The position numbers were made by a program, and so were the translations under genes. Below, piece by piece: positions 10,615 to 16,959 of a DNA stretch of 32,000 nt (positions are counted from its first letter, which is position 1; each line of letters opens with the position of its first letter). The notes under the pieces were generated by a model. It saw nothing but the letters and a program-made list of their open reading frames with translations, ran no database searches and was not told the DNA's origin. The stretch is from an archaeon (GTDB taxonomy: Archaea > Iainarchaeota > Iainarchaeia > Iainarchaeales > 1-14-0-10-31-34). The stretch covers positions 30,001 through 62,000 of the forward strand of contig JAJRVL010000002.1 of NCBI GenBank assembly GCA_024277355.1, read 5' to 3'.

Positions 10615-11049
10615 ATGGCTAAAATAAAAGTAGATAATTTAGCAAAGTTTTATGCGATTATTTTGTTATTTGAAGGTCCAAAACATGGCTATGATTTAAT
10701 TAAAATAGTTGGAGAAAAACTTAACAGAAAAATTTCTGCAGGACAGATTTATCCTTTTCTTGCGAAACTTCAGAAAGAAAATTACATAAAAATTAAATCT
10801 GAAGGGAAAAGAGAAAAAAAAATTTATAGATTAACTCCTTTAGGAAAAAGATTCTGTGAATCAATGCTCCATAGGTTTGCTGATTTAATTGAATTAGCTA
10901 TTGAACCAAATCTTTCAAAATGTGCCAGCTGCGGCTGTGAAATATATAAAGGAAGTTATAAAGAAAAAATTAAAGGAAAACTAACTACTTTTTGCTGTTC
11001 TCATTGCGCTGCATCATTTAAAAACTGCTCTAAAACAAAAACACATTAG
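10615..11049 (+). CDS. PadR-like winged-helix regulator fused to a C-terminal TRASH-type Cys domain
   Basis: 144 aa. The PadR pattern is LLFEGPKHGYDLIK..SAGQIYPFLAKLQKENYI..KKIYRLTPLGKRF. The C-terminus is CASCGCEI..(19 aa)..FCCSHCAASF, i.e. CxxC...CxxxC as in TRASH/YHS metal-binding modules. Confidence 0.8.
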   Translation: MAKIKVDNLAKFYAIILLFEGPKHGYDLIKIVGEKLNRKISAGQIYPFLAKLQKENYIKIKSEGKREKKIYRLTPLGKRFCESMLHRFADLIELAIEPNLSKCASCGCEIYKGSYKEKIKGKLTTFCCSHCAASFKNCSKTKTH

Positions 11050-11501
11050 TTTTTGCAGTTTCTGCATTTTAATTCTTTATAAATCAAATAAATCAAAATT
11101 ATTACTGATGCAATTCCCAGAAAAGGCCTTAATGGCTCAATAAATGCCATAATTGTTGTAAAACCCAATACTGAAACAAGAAGCAGATTACATACCGGAC
11201 AGCTAAAAGCAACAAAACCTATGCTTCCTCCAGCTATTGTTTTGAAATCAGCCTTATTTTTTGACTTAAAATAAAGTTTTAACGAAATTAATGCTCCAAG
11301 AAGTGCTGATGTTGAAACCAAAAAAAAGTAATCCAAAACTGTTGCAGGAATCATTCTTGTGTATTTAATTAAAGGATTTGGGATTAATGCTGTTGGAATT
11401 CCCATAACTAAGAATAATGAGATTGAAATAATTATTCCTGCAAAAAAATATTTTATTTTTGGATTCAATTTTTTTCCCTTCAAAACGAAATAATTATTCA
11501 A
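11046..11501 (-). CDS. 4-TM membrane protein with intramembrane CPVC pair (paralog A)
   Basis: 151 aa. GGSIGFVAFSCPVCNLLLVSVLG sits in predicted helix 3, and there is a C-terminal CRNC. It overlaps the upstream gene by 8 nt. Architecture is shared with 12090..12539 and 16214..16780. Confidence 0.65.
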   Translation of the reverse strand: MNNYFVLKGKKLNPKIKYFFAGIIISISLFLVMGIPTALIPNPLIKYTRMIPATVLDYFFLVSTSALLGALISLKLYFKSKNKADFKTIAGGSIGFVAFSCPVCNLLLVSVLGFTTIMAFIEPLRPFLGIASVIILIYLIYKELKCRNCKN

Positions 11502-12078
11502 AAATTATTTTAATTACATCTTTTTCTTTTATGACATAATTTCTGAATTCAAAATTTTCTTTTCCATTAACAAGCATTTTTACTTTTCCTTTATTTCCGT
11601 TGCATAAATCTCCGTTTGTTTTATTCATTATTTTTGTTTCACTGAATTTTACTGCAATCCCGTCAAAAAATTTTCCTAAAGTAATATGTTCAGGGCTTTG
11701 AACATTTCCTTCAATATGGATTAATGAGTCTTCATGAGTATGAAGTAAATTACTTCCAAGATGTCTGTTGGTTAATGGAACAGGAGTGCTTTTTTTTTCT
11801 CCGCAGATTTCAATTAAAGGCGTTGCATGCCAGTGTATGTTTCCTAAAGGAAAAGTCAAATTTCCTGTATTAAGATTTGAATTTCCTGTTTCTGAATTCC
11901 CTGAAAAAACAAAAACTGAAAAAATTGAACCAATAAAAATCAACACCAAAGCAATTGAACTGTATTTTTTTATTTTTCCTGTTGTGTTTTTTCTTTGCTG
12001 TTCTTTAACTTTTTCCTGTTTTCTTTGTTTAAGTTTTAATTTTTTTCTTTCATGTTTTGAAAGTTTTTCCTGAGTCAT
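11494..12078 (-). CDS. N-terminally anchored secreted protein with HWH / HTHED..H..IE His motifs
   Basis: 194 aa with a Lys-rich cytoplasmic head, one TM segment and a domain GNIHWHATPLIEICGEKK..LLHTHEDSLIHIEG..LGKFFD. It resembles an uncharacterised His-motif family that I recall next to DsbA-like genes. That recollection is from memory. Confidence 0.6.
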   Translation of the reverse strand: MTQEKLSKHERKKLKLKQRKQEKVKEQQRKNTTGKIKKYSSIALVLIFIGSIFSVFVFSGNSETGNSNLNTGNLTFPLGNIHWHATPLIEICGEKKSTPVPLTNRHLGSNLLHTHEDSLIHIEGNVQSPEHITLGKFFDGIAVKFSETKIMNKTNGDLCNGNKGKVKMLVNGKENFEFRNYVIKEKDVIKIIFE

Positions 12079-12089
12079 TTTTTCACCAC

Positions 12090-12539
12090 TTATTTTTTAA
12101 ATGCTCCTAAATAGTTTAATGTAAAAAAGAGCAGTCCAATGCTAAACAAATTTATTGCCCATCCGTATTCTGCCAGAAAACTGATTGCACCAATTGGCAG
12201 AAATAATGCGCCTAAAGAAGCGCAAGCAGGGCATTGTGCTACTAAAAATAATCCTGCAGTTCCTGCTCCGCTTCCTCCAGCTCCGCTGATTTTCCTGTTA
12301 ATACTGCATGTTTTTGGCTGAAGCCAGTTAAAAACCTGAAATGAAAAAGTGATTCCAAATAAAACAGCAAAAACAACAAACAAAATAGCGTTATAGAAAG
12401 GTATGCTTGCAAACCATATTTCAATATTTTCAATTATTCCAAGAACTTGAGTATAAATATAAATAACTGTAATAATTATTGTTGAAATAACAGCCAATGA
12501 AAAATATTTTGGTTTTTTCAGAACATCAATTAATTTCAT
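12090..12539 (-). CDS. 4-TM membrane protein with intramembrane CPAC pair (paralog B)
   Basis: 149 aa. It has a Gly-rich loop SGAGGSGAGTAG followed by LFLVAQCPACASLGALFL. It lies directly downstream of the DsbA-like gene 12604..13386. Confidence 0.65.
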   Translation of the reverse strand: MKLIDVLKKPKYFSLAVISTIIITVIYIYTQVLGIIENIEIWFASIPFYNAILFVVFAVLFGITFSFQVFNWLQPKTCSINRKISGAGGSGAGTAGLFLVAQCPACASLGALFLPIGAISFLAEYGWAINLFSIGLLFFTLNYLGAFKK

Positions 12540-12573
12540 TTTTATTGCCTTTTATTTTTTTTTTAGAGGGGTC

Positions 12574-12600
12574 AAAGGGCGCAATAAAATTACGCCCTTT
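12574..12600 (-). terminator. GC-rich stem-loop AAAGGGCG-N11-CGCCCTTT
   Basis: 8-bp perfect stem located 4 nt downstream of the stop of the DsbA-like gene (minus strand). It occupies the only sizeable gap (64 nt) in this gene run. Confidence 0.45.
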
Positions 12601-12603
12601 AAT

Positions 12604-13386
12604 TTAACTCAGCAGTAAATCAATTGCTGACTTAAATGTTTCAAATGGCTGGGCTCCAACTATAAGCCGGCCTGTTCCATCTTTTTTTCCAATGAAAAAA
12701 CTTGGAGTCCCGCTTACTCCTATGTTGCTTCCTTCATTGAAATTTGCCTGAACAATTTTAGAGTATTTTTTTGAATCAAGGCAGGAATCAAATTCGCTTG
12801 AATTTAATCCTAAATTTTTTGCCCATGACTTAATGTCTTTTACTGTAAGATTAGAAACTGTTCCTTGTCCAAATTTAGCTTGTTCTTCAAATATTTTGTT
12901 GTGCATTTCCCAGTATTTTTCCTGTTCGCCTGAACATCTTGCAGCTTCAGCATAAGGCTGAGCCATTGAATGAAAACTCAAAGGAAAATCTTTATAGACA
13001 AAAAATACTTTTCCTGTTTCAACATAGTCTTTATCCAGCTGGGATTTTGTATTATTAAACCAGCTCCTGCAGAAAGGACACTGATAATCAGAAAACTCAA
13101 CTATTATTACTGGTGCGTTTGGGTTTCCAAGTGTTGCAGCAGCATTTTCAAGAAGTTCGTTCATCTGAATGCTTCCTTTAGAGTCAACAGAAGGAATAGG
13201 AGAAGGATTTGGCGCAAGTATTTCTTTTGAATCTTTTGGTATTACTTGTGTTTTTTTAAATTCTGACAGTAATGTTATTTTTCCGCTGATTTCCTCTCCT
13301 GAAATAAATATTGCTGCTGAAACAATTAATGCTGAGACAAGCACAACTATTGAAAATATATTTATTAAATTTTTTTCTTTATTCAA
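12604..13386 (-). CDS. Membrane-anchored DsbA-like thiol:disulfide oxidoreductase (CPFC active site)
   Basis: 260 aa with an N-terminal TM segment, FSDYQCPFCRSW and GVSGTPSFFIGKKDG. Second DsbA-like gene in the window. Confidence 0.8.
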   Translation of the reverse strand: MNKEKNLINIFSIVVLVSALIVSAAIFISGEEISGKITLLSEFKKTQVIPKDSKEILAPNPSPIPSVDSKGSIQMNELLENAAATLGNPNAPVIIVEFSDYQCPFCRSWFNNTKSQLDKDYVETGKVFFVYKDFPLSFHSMAQPYAEAARCSGEQEKYWEMHNKIFEEQAKFGQGTVSNLTVKDIKSWAKNLGLNSSEFDSCLDSKKYSKIVQANFNEGSNIGVSGTPSFFIGKKDGTGRLIVGAQPFETFKSAIDLLLS

Positions 13387-13399
13387 TTAAATTCCTCCT

Positions 13400-13804
13400 T
13401 TAATTAACAATTATTTCTCCGGTCATATTTCCGTGTTTTTCTCCGCAATAGACAGAACAAAAAAATGAATAATTTCCTTTTTTGTCTGCAGTAAATTCTA
13501 TTAAAGTTGTTTGTCCTGGTTCAAGGTTTTTGTTGATTCCAAAAGTATTAATGGAAATTCCATGCAAAACATCAACACTAGTTATGTATAATTTGACTTT
13601 GTCTCCTTGGTTTATTGTTATTGTTGAGGGATTAAATTCCCATTGTTTTGCAGTAATTCTGAATTCTTTTGTCTGTATTTCTTTGGTTTTTACAGAAACA
13701 TCTGCATTGTTTTTTGTTGTGTTTTCTGCAGAATCAATACAGCCGGATAAAAAAACTAATATTGCGATTAAGAAAAAACCGCTGATTAATTTATTTGTTT
13801 TCAT
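13400..13804 (-). CDS. Cupredoxin-fold lipoprotein-like protein with a CuA-type ligand motif
   Basis: 134 aa. The signal peptide ends in LSGC. The cupredoxin region (WEFNPSTITINQGDKVKLYITSVDVLHG) ends in FCSVYCGEKHGNM, which fits the C-x3-C-x3-H-x2-M pattern of cytochrome oxidase subunit II / N2O reductase CuA sites. Confidence 0.8.
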   Translation of the reverse strand: MKTNKLISGFFLIAILVFLSGCIDSAENTTKNNADVSVKTKEIQTKEFRITAKQWEFNPSTITINQGDKVKLYITSVDVLHGISINTFGINKNLEPGQTTLIEFTADKKGNYSFFCSVYCGEKHGNMTGEIIVN

Positions 13805-13810
13805 TTTTTT

Positions 13811-14089
13811 TCACCTTTTGCAGCTTATTTTGCATTCAAAATTTTGTTCTGAAAAATAAGGGTTGTTTGTAAGTGAAGAAAATTTTATTGTGGTTCCTTT
13901 TTCTGAGAAAAGTTTTTCTTTGTCTGCAGAAGCAGTAAAATTTTCTGAAGACAAAGAATCAGAAAGTCTTATCTCAATTTCAGTTTCGTTGAAATTATTG
14001 TAAGAAGGAGGTGTAACTGCAACAAGTCCAATAATAAACAGAATTATTATTGCTCCTGTTCCTGTATAAAGATAGTTTTCATCACTCAT
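13811..14089 (-). CDS. Hypothetical N-terminally anchored small protein
   Basis: 92 aa with one TM segment (GAIIILFIIGLVAV) and a C-terminal CKISC. It is the first gene of the minus-strand run. No family recognised. Confidence 0.45.
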   Translation of the reverse strand: MSDENYLYTGTGAIIILFIIGLVAVTPPSYNNFNETEIEIRLSDSLSSENFTASADKEKLFSEKGTTIKFSSLTNNPYFSEQNFECKISCKR

Positions 14090-14156
14090 AATAAAACCTT
14101 AATGTAACCTTATTGTAATAAAGTATTTAAACCTATTCTTTTGCCTATAATATTAG

Positions 14157-14477
14157 GTGGTTTTGTTGGCTTTGGAATTATTATGGAGTATTCTTTCCTC
14201 AATTTTTTTTATTGCGGCTGTTTTTTTTTCTTATAAACTTTCAAAGGAAACTAAAGGAGAAAAATACTGGATTTTTTTTATGGTGTCTGCTGTTAGTTTT
14301 GGCTTAAGCCATTTAGCAGCTAAAGGTTTTTTGTTTGGTATTCCTTTAGAGAGTTTATTTGTAGTTCGCGAGTTAGGGGAAATTGTTGGGGCTTTTTCTT
14401 TAGCTTATGCAACTTTTGGTTTGTATTCTTCAATGAAAAAAATCAGAAATAAAATGTCTGAAGAATTAAAGGAATAA
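14157..14477 (+). CDS. Hypothetical 3-TM membrane protein
   Basis: 106 aa with a GTG start and three hydrophobic segments. It is separated by 3 nt from the following wHTH gene. Confidence 0.45.
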   Translation: MVLLALELLWSILSSIFFIAAVFFSYKLSKETKGEKYWIFFMVSAVSFGLSHLAAKGFLFGIPLESLFVVRELGEIVGAFSLAYATFGLYSSMKKIRNKMSEELKE

Positions 14478-14480
14478 AAA

Positions 14481-14759
14481 ATGGACAAGTCTATTTTGTT
14501 TTACTGGAGCAAAGGCGCAGATACAAGAGTAAAATTAATAAATGAACTTTCCAGATGTAATAAAAACAATAAAGCATGCTATTTGAATTTATTGGCTGAA
14601 AAATTAAAGCTTTCTCATGTAGCAGTAAAAAAGCATTTGGATTTGCTGGTTGAACAAAATTATATAAAAGAAATTAATCCTGAAGGAAAACCTGTTTATT
14701 TAGAATTAACTGAAAAAGGATTAAATGTTTTAAAGGAATTTAAGAAAAAAAATAAGTAA
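14481..14759 (+). CDS. Small winged-helix DNA-binding protein (ArsR/TrmB-like)
   Basis: 92 aa. LNLLAEKLKLSHVAVKKHLDLLVEQNYIKE looks like an HTH recognition helix plus wing. The assignment is weak. Confidence 0.55.
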   Translation: MDKSILFYWSKGADTRVKLINELSRCNKNNKACYLNLLAEKLKLSHVAVKKHLDLLVEQNYIKEINPEGKPVYLELTEKGLNVLKEFKKKNK

Positions 14760-14765
14760 TTTTAA

Positions 14766-15437
14766 TTAAATCAGAACTCTTGTTATTATTACAAAACCTA
14801 AAATAACACTAATAAGTCCGCTTGTAATTTTTATTGAATTATGGAATTTATCTGCAGCAGTTAATTGAGATGGAAATGCAATTAATGCACTTACAAAAAA
14901 CATGCCTATCACTGAACCTAATCCAAAAAGCAGTATATAAATAATGCCAATTAATACTGAATTTACTGTTGATAAAACTAAGACTGTTATTGAAGCACTT
15001 CCTGCTAATCAATGCACTATTCCAACAAAAAAAGATTTATGAGAATGGTTGTGTGAATAAGAATCCTTGTGGGAATGAAAATGAATATGTGTTGTTTTTT
15101 TATGTCTGTGTAAATGCAGGTGAATTTTATTTTTAATTACTTTTATTAGTAAATCAAACCCAAGTAATACTAAAATAATTCCTGCAGAAAATTCCATTGC
15201 TGACGCAATAGTTTCAGGAATAATTGTTTTAGAAATCAAAACAAAAAAGCCAATTAAAAGTAAAATAAAACTATGTCCTAACCCCCATGCAATTCCAGAA
15301 AAAGATGCTTGTTTCATGCTTTTTGTCTGGCTGGCAATAGTTGAAACAGCAGCAATATGGTCTGGTTCAAATGCATGCATTAAACCAAGCATTAATCCAA
15401 AACCAGCCATTGCCAGAAACTGAGGTAATTCAATCAT
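14766..15437 (-). pseudogene. NicO/NiCoT-superfamily (UreH-like) metal transporter with a His-rich loop, interrupted by one in-frame TGA (15009-15011)
   Basis: The first part has the GLMHAFEPDHIAAV motif and the loop HLHLHRHKKTTHIHFHSHKDSYSHNHSH. After ..FFVGIVH-TGA the same frame stays open for 80 more codons (LAGSASITVLVL..GLGSVIGMFFVSAL..) down to TAA at 14766-14768. The downstream part has no start codon or SD of its own. Confidence 0.7.
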
Positions 15438-15463
15438 TGCAAATCATTGAATAACTTTGATGA

Positions 15464-15856
15464 TTATTTCTGAACCAAATCAAAAGCTTTTTTTCCGCCT
15501 TCAAGATTTATTACATTTTTGTATCCTAATTCATTTAATTTTTTTGATGCGGTTATGCTCATGTTTCCGCTTCTGCAGTAAACAATTATTTGAGTTTCTT
15601 TGTTTTCAGGAAGTTTGGTGATATTTTCTTCTATTTTATCAAATGCAATAAATTCATCTGTTCCTTTAATGTGTTCCTGTTCCGGAATGTGGACGTCAAG
15701 TAAAAAGAAATCTTTGGTTTCAAGTTTTTGTTTTAGTTCTTGTGCAGAAATATTAGTAAAACTAATGTTTTCTTTTTTTTGGATTTCTGTTTCAGAGTTA
15801 ATGCATCCATTTACAAAAAGCAGTAAAACTAATATTCCTCCAATAATTATTTTCAT
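15464..15856 (-). CDS. Secreted/lipoprotein-like single-domain rhodanese
   Basis: 130 aa. The signal peptide ends in VNGC. The active-site loop is IIVYCRSGNMS, followed by NVINLEGG. Confidence 0.85.
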   Translation of the reverse strand: MKIIIGGILVLLLFVNGCINSETEIQKKENISFTNISAQELKQKLETKDFFLLDVHIPEQEHIKGTDEFIAFDKIEENITKLPENKETQIIVYCRSGNMSITASKKLNELGYKNVINLEGGKKAFDLVQK

Positions 15857-15881
15857 ATTATTCCTCCTTTTTTATTAAAAT

Positions 15882-16202
15882 TTATTTCATAAGTTCTTCT
15901 AATGTTTTTCCTGTTGCCTGTTTTAATAATTCTGGGTTAACTTGTTTTAAGCATTTTTCATATCTGGCCGGATGATGGCTTAAATGCTGGATATTTGATT
16001 CACTTTCTAAGTCTCCGCATTCTGAATTAATTTCTTCTGCCTGTTGTGTAAAAATTTCTTCATTTTTTTGTGTTTTCAAAACATTTCCTTTTTCATCAAC
16101 ATCAAGTTTTTGTTCTGAGTTTACAAAAGGAATTAATGCAACTCCAATAAGTATTATTCCAAAGAATAATGCACCGTATATTATTGTTTCATTTTTTTTC
16201 AT
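15882..16202 (-). CDS. Hypothetical N-terminally anchored protein (CG..HLSHHP..C motif)
   Basis: 106 aa with one TM segment and an extracytoplasmic part SECGDLESESNIQHLSHHPARYEKCLK. SD is GGAGGAG. Confidence 0.5.
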   Translation of the reverse strand: MKKNETIIYGALFFGIILIGVALIPFVNSEQKLDVDEKGNVLKTQKNEEIFTQQAEEINSECGDLESESNIQHLSHHPARYEKCLKQVNPELLKQATGKTLEELMK

Positions 16203-16213
16203 TTTAACTCCTC

Positions 16214-16780
16214 CTAAATAATTTTAATAAATGAATAAATAATTGACAAAACAATTACTGCCAGCCCTATAACAAAAAACACTTTAAATAATTTATCTAA
16301 ATTAAATGAAATTATTTTTCTTAATGCCAAGTTACTTTCTTTTTTAACTAAATTATGTTTTTTTATTACTGAAAGCATATAAATTGCGCCAAGTGCATTA
16401 GAAAAAACTGCTATAAGCATTAAAGAAGTCTGATACTGGCTTATTAAAACAGCAAAAACAGACAATCCTAATACTGCAAGTAAATCAGTTAAATGGTGTG
16501 CACAGCAGGCAGCCATTGAAACGCCTGAAACTCCTGCTGAACCCGCAACACTGACTTTTGCAGGAGAATTATTAAGAAAATTTTTTATGTAAAAATATAG
16601 TCCTGTTTGAACACCAAAACCAACTGAAATAAATAAAATAAAATACCAGATTCTCTGGAATTCATTTAATGCATGTTCAACTGAATTTGCAATAATTAAA
16701 ACTGCAAAATAAAATCCAATCATTCCAAAAAACGCAAGCAACCCAAAAAAATAATGGCTTTTTTTATTTATTAAATTCAT
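16214..16780 (-). CDS. Multi-TM membrane protein with intramembrane CCAHH motif (paralog C)
   Basis: 188 aa. AGSAGVSGVSMAACCAHHLTDLLAVLG sits in the same relative position as the CPVC/CPAC helices of paralogs A and B. Confidence 0.6.
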   Translation of the reverse strand: MNLINKKSHYFFGLLAFFGMIGFYFAVLIIANSVEHALNEFQRIWYFILFISVGFGVQTGLYFYIKNFLNNSPAKVSVAGSAGVSGVSMAACCAHHLTDLLAVLGLSVFAVLISQYQTSLMLIAVFSNALGAIYMLSVIKKHNLVKKESNLALRKIISFNLDKLFKVFFVIGLAVIVLSIIYSFIKII

Positions 16781-16801
16781 TTTTTATCAGCTTTTATTTT
16801 T

Positions 16802-16948
16802 TCAGCAAAACTCGCATTTATTGTCTTTTGAAAGCAGTTCATTTGCTTTTTTTTCATAGTTTTCAGAACATTTTCCTGAACAAAAATTTTCATATTTATT
16901 TAAAGCATTAAATTTTTTCCTGCAGTAAAAACATTTTTTTTCAGTCAT
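16802..16948 (-). CDS. 48-aa TRASH/YHS-like mini-protein (not in the ORF track)
   Basis: The minus strand encodes MTEKKCFYCRKKFNALNKYENFCSGKCSENYEKKANELLSKDNKCEFC with a TGA stop, preceded by GGAGGGAATAAA-ATG. The pattern CxxC..(13 aa)..FCSxxC plus a C-terminal CxxC resembles small archaeal TRASH metallochaperones. It fills the gap between two operon genes. Confidence 0.6.
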   Translation of the reverse strand: MTEKKCFYCRKKFNALNKYENFCSGKCSENYEKKANELLSKDNKCEFC

Positions 16949-16959
16949 TTTATTCCCTC

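Noticed and set aside
13802-13813. In-frame TGA between 13811..14089 and the cupredoxin gene as a fourth interrupted gene
   Set aside because: The TGA is part of an AGGTGA SD. The downstream gene has its own ATG and a complete signal peptide with a lipobox. This is a normal coupled operon junction.
14475-14483. In-frame TAA between 14157..14477 and 14481..14759 as an interrupted gene
   Set aside because: The downstream ORF starts with an ATG 3 nt after the stop and has an AAGGA SD. The two halves are an unrelated membrane protein and a wHTH. These are ordinary adjacent genes.
15009-15011. UGA reassigned to Gly (as in some candidate-phyla bacteria) or decoded as selenocysteine
   Set aside because: atpB, atpD, the TRASH mini-ORF and 13811..14089 all terminate at TGA at family-typical lengths. 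Reading through the atpD stop gives hydrophobic junk. The organism is archaeal by gene content. No SECIS-like element or Sec machinery is visible. This is kept only as a remote alternative in the finding.
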